Origin: Octopus bimaculoides
Lineage: Eukaryota
Length of the DNA: 45,434 nucleotides
Assembly (NCBI RefSeq): GCF_001194135.2
Contig: NC_069001.1
Location: 8,700,537-8,745,970 of the forward strand
Reading direction: 5' to 3'
Below, piece by piece: positions 36,553-45,434 of this stretch. The position numbers were made by a program, and so were the translations under genes. Each line of letters begins with the position of its first letter. Within the stretch, counting starts at the first letter, position 1. The notes under the pieces are model-generated. The model was given only the letters and a program-made list of their open reading frames with translations. It searched no databases and had not been told where the DNA came from.

Positions 36553-36922
36553 ACCATAGTGAGTGTGTGTGTGTGTCTGTGTTTGTCCCCCCAACATCGC
36601 TTGACAACCAATGCTGGTGTGTTTACATCCCCGTAACTTTGTAGTTCAGCAAAAGAAACCAATAGAATAAGTACTAGGCTTACAAAGAATAAGTCCTGGG
36701 GCCGATTTGCTCAACTAAACGCGGTGCTCCAGCATGGCCACAATCAAATGACCGAAACAAGTAAATGAATAATTTCCTTCTACCAAATCCACTCACAAGG
36801 GTTTGGTTGACCCGAGGCTATCGTAGAAGATACTTGCCCAAGGTACCATGCAGGGGGACTGAACCCAGAACCATGTGGTTGGAAAGCAAGTTACTTACCA
36901 CATCACCACTCATGCACCTGTA
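36553..36922. mobile_element. Rearranged SINE family B: 3' half on plus strand followed by 5' half on minus strand
   Basis: 36553-36770 matches the tail half. 36772-36922 is the reverse complement of the head half. Confidence 0.75.
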
Positions 36923-36977
36923 TATATAAATTACAAATGGAAACCAAAATAATAAGTTGTACAATTAAATATTGTTT

Positions 36978-37142
36978 GATAAATTCAATTCAATTTTATC
37001 ATTTTATACAAACGACACATCTAGTATTTAAAATGGTATTTTATTATTCTTGAAAAACCTGTTTTTTCAATGGTATGGAAACAGCTGTAATTTACTAGAT
37101 GTGTCATTTTGTATAAAATAGTAAAATTGAATTGAATTTATC
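36978..37142. repeat. Long inverted repeat (49/50-nt arms, 66-nt spacer)
   Basis: gataaattcaattcaattttatcattttatacaaacgacacatctagta pairs with 37093-37142 with few mismatches. Confidence 0.9.
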
Positions 37143-37371
37143 ATTTAATGATTAAATCATTTAATTTGTTCAATTCATTATTTTGGTTTCTACTTCTAAT
37201 TTATATTTATATATTGATAAACTATATGTTTATTTTATTTATTTGCCTATTTGTTGTTATTTGTTGTTCATAACATTGTTATTTATATAGGTAAAAAAAA
37301 AACAGTAAATTCTTTGGATATTTAATATCCCTTAGGAGGTTACTTTACACATAACTAAATTTCTATCTTTC

Positions 37372-37442
<71 letters not shown>

Positions 37443-37913
37443 NNNNNNNNNNNNNNNNNNNNNNNNNNNNNNNNNNNNNNNNNNNNNNNNNNNNNNNNNN
37501 NNNNNNNNNNNNNNNNNNNNNNNNNNNNNNNNNNNNNNNNNNNNNNNNNNNNNNNNNNNNNNNNNNNNNNNNNNNNNNNNNNNNNNNNNNNNNNNNNNNN
37601 NNNNNNNNNNNNNNNNNNNNNNNNNNNNNNNNNNNNNNNNNNNNNNNNNNNNNNNNNNNNNNNNNNNNNNNNNNNNNNNNNNNNNNNNNNNNNNNNNNNN
37701 NNNNNNNNNNNNNNNNNNNNNNNNNNNNNNNNNNNNNNNNNNNNNNNNNNNNNNNNNNNNNNNNNNNNNNNNNNNNNNNNNNNNNNNNNNNNNNNNNNNN
37801 NNNNNNNNNNNNNNNNNNNNNNNNNNNNNNNNNNNNNNNNNNNNNNNNNNNNNNNNNNNNNNNNNNNNNNNNNNNNNNNNNNNNNNNNNNNNNNNNNNNN
37901 NNNNNNNNNNNNN

Positions 37914-37959
<46 letters not shown>

Positions 37960-38149
37960 CTGAAATGTACAGTATTATATATCCATCATGGCTGATCTTA
38001 CCTATCAGTTTCGTGCAAGGAATACAATGGAGTGTTATATAATCTTTGTATGTGTGTACATGGTTGTAACGGTATGTGCTCTGGTCAAACTCTTTGCCAG
38101 GCCTGAAGGTATTAGTGGAAGGTCAAGGCCGGGTACCACCTAGTGTAAA

Positions 38150-38560
38150 AAAGATTTTAGTAGGTAGGCCTACACCCAAGGCAGTTGTATACAAAGCAGA
38201 GGTAACAGCCGCAGGACCCAATGGGCAACTGAACGAGCAGAAGTATGTAGGGACAACAGAAGGCCCCTTCAGAATCCACTTTAATAACCACAAGTCCTCC
38301 TTCAACATCCTGGAGTGACACAATACCACAACCCTAGTCAAGCATGTTTGGCTTTTGAAAGAAAGTACCACAGAGTACAGCACAGAGTGGAAGATCCTGT
38401 CGAAATGCAAACAGTACTTCAATGGCAGCAGGAAGTGCAGGTTGGGCCTGGCTAAGAAGAGTGCAAATTTTGAAGGGTACCCAACGTCCAGATATTTACC
38501 TGAATAGCAGGAGTGAAGTGTTTAATCCTGACCCACATGAAAGGAAGTACATCCTATCAT
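38150..38560 (+). mobile_element. Penelope-like element GIY-YIG endonuclease fragment (degenerate)
   Basis: VVYKAEV...KYVGTTEGPFRIHFNNHKSSF...TTLVKHVWLLKE...WKIL...C.L followed by YLNSRSEV...PH.RK after a frameshift. Confidence 0.85.
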
Positions 38561-39355
38561 ACCTGCATGCCCCACCATGACTGTAACCACAGGTCCCAAC
38601 CTCAACCTTCCACCAATACCCTTGGGCCCAACAAAGAGTTTGACCAAAGCACACACCAATGCACCCATATCCCCCTACAAGGTGGACACCCACAAAATAG
38701 ACTGTCTCCCACCACCCCAACATATATCTCTTCACACATATTGTACACACACACACATTACACACCGCACTCTAACATAAAACACGCCACGACCTTAACC
38801 AATACAGAAAGAAAACAGATCAACAAACACAACTATACATATCTACAACCCTGGAAAAAATTATACATATCACACATCCCATCCCAACAGGAGCACCACA
38901 CTTTATAACACAAACTTCTTTGAATCTAAGTCACCTATAGCTTTTAACGAAATCCTATAACAATATATAATCATCGTATATACACCAGCATTTAGTAATG
39001 AGTAACACTTAACACCAGCATTTAGTACTGAGTAACGCTTAAACTGGGAGTTGAATATCCTGAATGAACCTTGTAGTGAGAGGATCTCTAGAATCAACAA
39101 AGAATCATCGACAGCAAAGACAAGTACTCTCACCGTTAAACAAACATCGAGATTTCAATGAAAAGGGAGATAACTCCATTGTCCTATTTTAAATTTTGTA
39201 AACTAATCAAGTTAAATATGACTTATTCTAAAAGATTAAAGAATTTAGATTGATAAACAATGTCAGTAATGTAAATGTGTACTTAGCAATAACAATCTTT
39301 TACTCTCAGTAAATCTTTGTTGATTTTCGATGTTTTCCTGCTACGTAATTTATCG

Positions 39356-39517
39356 ACGCAGGAGTGACGGCGTGGTAAGTAGCTTGCTTACCAACCACAT
39401 GGTTCCGGGTTCAGTCCCACTGCATTGCACCTTGGGCAAGTGTCTTTTACAAAAACTTCGGGCCGACCAAAGCCTTGTGAGTGGATTTGGTAGACGGAAA
39501 CTGAAAGAAGCCCGTCG

Positions 39518-39562
<45 letters not shown>

Positions 39563-39792
39563 CTGTGTGTGTTTATATATTGTGTGTGTATGTTTGTGTG
39601 CTTGTGTTTGTCACACAACCATCGCTTGACAACTGATGTTGGTGTGTTCACGCCCTCCCCATAACTTAGCGGTCTGGCAAAAAAGACCTATAGGCTTACA
39701 AAGAATAAGTCCTGGGGTCAATTTCTTTGACTAAAAGGCAGTGCTCCAGCATGGCTGCAATCAAATCACTGAAACAAATAAAAGAATAAAAG
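39356..39792 (+). mobile_element. SINE family B, full length
   Basis: Same structure as the 30079 copy. Confidence 0.85.
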
Positions 39793-39914
39793 AACGACAC
39801 AAGGTTGCTGGTGACGGTGGTGAGGAGGCAGCAAAATAAGTAACCTGGGTAAAATGAGTAATTTATGATTTCTCGTTTTCGTCTCCCTGCCAGTTTGAAA
39901 TTATTACATTGCAA

Positions 39915-39945
<31 letters not shown>

Positions 39946-40059
39946 TTATATTTTGTATAGTTGGATCGTCTTTAAGAATAAAATCTGGTTGTTGTTGAAG
40001 TTGAGAGGATCTGAAACATAGTCAGGTGACTGTTACTTTCTTAAGAATCTGATTATAAT

Positions 40060-40620
40060 TGAGGTTGTTAATAAAATATCTGGATAATTTTGGTGTTTAA
40101 CAATCAATATTCTTTCCTCTGTTGGATTCCAAGTCAATTTTCTCTTACACTAATGTCTAATTTGATCATTTTCAATTTTCAAAAAATTAAGTCTAAATTG
40201 GGACAAAATTAGCAATGAATTCATTCAAGCATGACACTGCAACTCTGCAGCCGCATATATGCTTGGAATAATGATTCATTTAGTATTTGTCATTTAGTAT
40301 TTGTACTTTATACTTTTGTACTGCTGTAGATAACTTCTGCATTTTTCCTATTAAATAGTTTGTGATATTCATGTTTAGCTGGGAAGTGTTTGGTAATTGG
40401 TGATAGAAAAGTTTATGCCACATTTGTTGTTACAGTTATGCTAAAGTGTAGGTTGAACCAGGTAAGTGTGTTTTCTGATTGTATTTTGTTTGTTACTTGT
40501 TTGTGTGTATCAGAGAATGTGTTGTAACTTTTCTTTAAGCTTGCATACTTTAAGGGCATTGTTTTAGATAGAAGCTGCTTTGCTGAATATATTTTTTGTC
40601 TTATTGAATATTTTAAACAT
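40060..40620 (-). mobile_element. Penelope-like RT-thumb/linker to endonuclease C-terminal fragment
   Basis: Minus strand IFSKAASI*NNALK, TWFNLHFSITVTTNVA*TFL..ITKHFP.KH.YHKLFNRKNAEVIYS, and EERILIVKHQNYPDILL. Confidence 0.75.
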
Positions 40621-40636
40621 TCATTTTTCTAGTAAT

Positions 40637-41030
40637 ATGCCAAAGACACATAACAAAGCTAATCCTAAAACATGCAATTTCATTAACAAGAAAACAAAAC
40701 AGTTAGCTTTGGCCACTTAGATAAATGATAGAATACAATGTTTAGCAGCTAGGCCATACTACATTACTTTAAAAGACCATAAGCCTAATTTCTTAACTGA
40801 CTCTAAAATGCAGGCTCATTAATTCTACTGAAAGTGAATTAGCCAGAATCACAAAGGTCATAGTTAATGCAACTCATGATAGAATTACACAGTCAACTAA
40901 CCTTCCGCTCTGGAAAAACAGTTCTTCAGTAATAAATTGGTTCAACAACCTACGTGACAAACCTAACTCTAAATTCACACAATCTACTCTTGTTGACTTT
41001 TACTCTCCTATTATTGAAACCATTATACAT
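40637..41030 (+). mobile_element. Penelope-like reverse transcriptase N-terminal fragment
   Basis: YITLKDHKPNF..(frameshift)CRLINSTESELARITK...WKNSSSVINWFNNL...KF...VDFYSPI, reaching RT motif A. Confidence 0.85.
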
Positions 41031-41039
41031 GAATATATC

Positions 41040-41071
<32 letters not shown>

Positions 41072-41114
41072 CTGTCTGTCTGTCTGTTTGTATATATGTG
41101 TGTATGGTATATAT

Positions 41115-41180
<66 letters not shown>

Positions 41181-41897
41181 TATATATATCAGTTGAATAA
41201 AGTTAAAGCATGGTCTGGTTTTCATGTTTTTTATTATGGTATTTTAACATTAAAAAAGATATTTTGTAATGCTCATAAGGTTAAATTTAGAGGAGCAGCA
41301 TTTTGCCAGCGTGCCTTCATACTTGCACAAAGTTGGTCTCGATGTTGGAGTCGACTTTGCTCAAATCTTTGAACTGTGGAGAAGCATGACTGGCACCAGA
41401 TCCTACATTCTGATGCTTTGTTGAATATAGCACACTTGGGAGTAAGTTGAATAAGTGGTGAACGTCTGCCTTATTGCGAATGCTTTTACGTGTCACCGCA
41501 CAGGCACTTTTATGTGACACTGCCATGAGTGCTTTACATCACCAGAAGGATCGGTCTTAATATTTCTGCTGCAGTGACATCACTATCTCACCAAGTATGA
41601 GTATGTTGAATAACACCTTAATGGCTGTTCCTGTGTACTTGCTGCCTGTGGAAATGGTTTGAGAAATGAGCATGAATCAAGGTTTTTTTTTTATTTCTGT
41701 GACAAAATGAGCTAACCATCAGCAACAGGATCTTCATGAGACCAACCATTTATTCATATTCAAGTCAGGTAAACATGCAAACCAGATAAACTTCATTCTT
41801 GTTATGAAACAGGATGGGCTGGTAATTGTCAATAATATGTCTCGTTTTAGTGAAAAATCTAGTAATTGACATAAGCTATTGCTTAGTGACTACAGAA

Positions 41898-42110
41898 AGG
41901 CAGTGAGCTGGCAGAATTATTAGCATGCTGAGCAAAATGCTTAGCAGCATTTTTTCTGTCCTTACGTTCTGAGTTCAAATTCCACTGAGGTCGACTTTAC
42001 CCTTCATTCCTTTGAGGTTGATAAAATAAATACCAGTGGTGCACTGGGGTTGATGTAATCGACTCATCTCCTTCTCCTAAATTTCAGGCCTTGTGCCTAT
42101 AAGAGAAAGG
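41898..42110 (+). mobile_element. SINE family C
   Basis: Collinear with 6289-6465. Confidence 0.75.
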
Positions 42111-42408
42111 ATTAGTGACTACAAAATAAAGGCTGGACACATTTTAACGGAAGACAGGGAACGCCATAGAAACCGGGAAACCGGGCCCATGTGCCTGGCT
42201 TTGAAAGGGCGAGAAAGAAAGAATATATATATATATATATATATGACAGGCTTCTTTCAGTTTTTGTCTACCAAATCCACCAAAGCACTCATTAGCTTTG
42301 GTGGACCCAAAGCTACTGTAGAAGGTACCACATGGTGAGAGTGCACCTGAAGCCACAAGGTTAACAAATGAACTTCTTAACCACACAGCTATTTCTATGT
42401 GTTATATA

Positions 42409-42564
42409 CAAAGGGGTGCTGAAAAGTTCCCCTCTCAGATTCACACATTTATTGCAGCAGTCTTTCAGTTTTTCTAAGCCCTGTAAAAGAACTCGGAAAA
42501 GTTGGGCCTCCAGCCAGGCCTTTCGCAATACTCTTAAAGCCAGGAAGTTTTCAGTATCACTTCA
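42409..42564. mobile_element. Mariner-type MITE, internally deleted copy
   Basis: Same terminal repeats, lacking ~50 nt after the left end. Confidence 0.78.
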
Positions 42565-42901
42565 TATATCTCTGTATAATTGTTCTGTCTCTAACTTTAG
42601 ATATCTTATTATTCTGTCATTTCAGGAATAAAGTCAAGACAAAAACAAAAGCACTACCCACTACTCTCTCCAACATTCTGCAGCTTATGTAGCTACAGCA
42701 ATTTTTAGATGCCAGTGTTTAGCAGCACATGAGTCAGTCATGATTAAACAGGCCTACAATCAAGCTGTGACCATCTTGTCTTTTTACTATGTTGTTGGAA
42801 CTCGGTGTTTTATCAGTACTCAATCTACTAAAATTAATAGATAAATTTTCCTAAAATCATGCTTCACCACTTCAAAATAAAAAAAAAATACATTATATAT
42901 A

Positions 42902-43320
42902 AGGCGCAGGAGTGGCTGTGTGGTAAGTAGCTTGCTTACCAACCACATGATTCTGGGTTCATTCCCACTGCATGGCACCTTGGGCCAGTGTCTTCCACTA
43001 TAGCCTCGGGCCGACCAAAGCCTTGTGAGTGGATTTGGTAGACGGAAACTGAAAGAAGCCCGTCGTATATATGTATATATATATACATATAAGTATGTGT
43101 GTGTATATGTTTGTGTGTCTGTGTTTGTCCCCCCAGCACTGCTTGACAACCGATGGTGGTGTGTTTACGTCCCCATAACTTAGCGGTTCGGCAAAGAGAC
43201 CGATAGAATAGGTACTAGGCTTCCAAAGAGTAAGTCTTGGGGTCAACTTGCTCGACTAAAGGCAGTGCTCCAGCATGGCCGCAGTCAAATGACTGAAACA
43301 AGTAAAAAAGAGTGAAAGAG
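42902..43320 (+). mobile_element. SINE family B, full length
   Basis: Same structure as the 30079 copy. Confidence 0.85.
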
Positions 43321-43877
43321 TATATATTATGCAAATAAAATATGTAAATCATCGTCTCAGATCTCACTGTGCATGGCACAAATATTGATTTATCAGTTGG
43401 CAGATATAAGCATTGATTAGCAAACAATTTTGTTCATTGAACTTATAAATAAAACCAAGTTTTCTTTAGGTTTAAAGCCTTGAGTACTTCTGGCTGACAA
43501 AACACAACATGCTGAAGCACTGGTGTCCTAGAATCCCTTGCACCAATAATCCAAGTGTGTTATAAGCACATTGACATTGAAAGAGGGAGTTGTACTGTGA
43601 CATAAACAACAGTGATCAGCATATTTTGCATTTGAATCTTCCAGAACATATAAAGAATAAATATGCAAACTCTCAGTAGTATAGATGTAAGTGTCCCAGN
43701 NNNNNNNNNNNNNNNNNNNNNNNNNNNNNNNNNNNNNNNNNNNNNNNNNNNNNNNNNNNNNNNNNNNNNNNNNNNNNNNNNNNNNNNNNNNNNNNNNNNN
43801 NNNNNNNNNNNNNNNNNNNNNNNNNNNNNNNNNNNNNNNNNNNNNNNNNNNNNNNNNNNNNNNNNNNNNNNNNNNNN

Positions 43878-44112
43878 TCTTTTTTATTTCTTTATTGCCC
43901 ACAAGGGGCTAAACATAGAGGGGACAAACAAGGACAGACAAACGGATTAAGTCTATTATAGCGACACCAGTGCATAACTGGTACTTATTCAATCGACCCC
44001 GAAAGGATGAAAGACAAAGTCGACCTCGGCGGAATTTGAACTCAGAATGTAGCGGCAGACGGAATACCGCTAAGCATTTCGCCCAGCATGCTAACGTTTC
44101 TGCCAGCTCACC
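43878..44112 (-). mobile_element. SINE family C
   Basis: Reverse complement of the family C head and core. Confidence 0.78.
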
Positions 44113-44704
44113 GCCTTTGCTTTCTGTGACACCAGCACTAATGCTTTTTATTTGACACCAGCACATGCGTTTTTTCATGTGGCACCAGCAGCAGTATCAT
44201 TTCTACTGTCCATGTGTGTGTGTGTGTATTATGCATGTATGCCTATACATGTATGCCTATACATGTATGCTAATATATAAAATTATATGCATACATTTAG
44301 TGTATATACTTCTAGATAGATAAGTCATAATCTTTCATTTAAAAGAAATGGAGCATGAGAAACATCTGCTTGTATTAGATTTGATAGTTGAAGCATGTAC
44401 AAACACACCCACACACACACACACACACATGCATATTTTCATACACACACACTCACACCCCAGCATGTAATGTAGGTTAGTTATGTTTGTTATTTCATAA
44501 TCCAATGAGTATGGGTATTCTAAACAGACCTACATTGACGATATCACATACAAAACTAGACATAATTGACCTGAGAGAAATCGATTTTTTTTCTACGAAA
44601 CAAAAGATATCTGTAAAAACATACGTTCTATCTCTTATGTCTGCCTAGACTTTTCACCAACATATGCACAGATGTTTTAGTAAGTGTTGAAATAATTCAC
44701 GATA

Positions 44705-45110
44705 TTGTAGGCACAAGCATGAATGAGTGGTAAAGAATCTCACTTTGTAACCATGTGGTATTCAATTTGGTTCCTTTACACAGCATCTCAGGCAAGTGTC
44801 TTCTGCAATAGCCCTGGTTCCACCAATGCCTTGTGAGTGGGTAGTTTAGTAGATGGAAACTGAATGGAAGCCTGTAATATATATACATATTATAGGCGTA
44901 GGAGTGGCTGTGTGGTAAGTAGCTTGCTTACCAGCCACATGGTTCCGGGTTCATTCCCAAAAAATGTGGCTGGGAAGTTAGCTTCCCAAGCACATGGTTT
45001 TAGGTTCAGTCCCACAGTGTTGCAGCTAGGACAAGGGTATTCTACTATAACTCCAGACCAACCAAAGCCTGTATAATTGGTGAGATGGAAACTGAAAGAA
45101 ACCCATCACA
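44705..45110 (+). mobile_element. Several partial family B heads in tandem
   Basis: Degenerate head at 44705-44875, a second head from 44896, and a restart at ~44960. Confidence 0.7.
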
Positions 45111-45129
45111 CATAAATATATATATATAC

Positions 45130-45220
45130 TAGCAGAAATACCCGGCGTTGCCCGGATTAAAGAGAATAATGAAATCTAAAAACGCCGTCTAGACTACGCA
45201 TCATCTTTATATATAGAGAT
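45130..45220 (+). mobile_element. Very short Helitron/Helentron-associated (HINE-like) element
   Basis: Starts actag...acccggcgttgcccgg and ends ...tttatatatagagat within a TA-rich site. Recalled family pattern only. Confidence 0.4.
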
Positions 45221-45434
45221 GTATATACACACACGCACCCAAACACACGTATATATATGTATATCAATATAAATATATGAAAGTCAATGAAGTTTCGTAA
45301 AAGAAGGTGATCAGGTACATACTTTCTTGCTGTTGTGATTATAACACCTCGTTGTAAACAATGTTCCTTGTTTTCCCCTGTGGAGCATATACAAATAGTT
45401 TTTTTTGCTGCCCACTCTTGAGCAGCCAACATAC

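Noticed and set aside
41290-41650. Higher-complexity stretch with short frames (e.g. minus strand YTGTAIKVLFNILILGEIVDVTAAEI)
   Set aside because: All frames are interrupted and I recognise no family. It may be an old transposon.
168-45432. Most ORF-track entries (poly-YI, HT, CV, E/K/R/S runs, X-filled ORFs)
   Set aside because: Translations of microsatellites, SINE bodies or N-gaps.

Overview
AT-rich, intron-containing eukaryotic DNA from a gapped short-read assembly. The repeat families resemble those I associate with Octopus (inference, not verified). The only host gene I can support is a minus-strand type II glutamine synthetase (GS/GLUL orthologue). Five coding exons are visible between 25907 and 19124, with GT-AG boundaries and vertebrate-like exon sizes. 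The expected 162-nt third exon is not visible and probably lies in the N-gap at ~23356-23687. A possible non-coding first exon ends at 33007. The rest is repeat-derived: at least five SINE-like families (four tRNA-headed), fragments of Tx1/L1, RLE-type and Penelope retroelements, a Tc1/mariner transposase fragment, several MITEs and many microsatellites. Items most worth following up: the missing GS exon, a tRNA-headed SINE ending in a minimal hammerhead-like motif, a triplicated 77-nt exon-like segment with third-position-biased substitutions, an RLE LINE repeatedly embedded in (CATA)n, rearranged Tx1 and Penelope copies, and complementary repeats bracketing one GS exon. I cannot confirm that any of these is previously undescribed.
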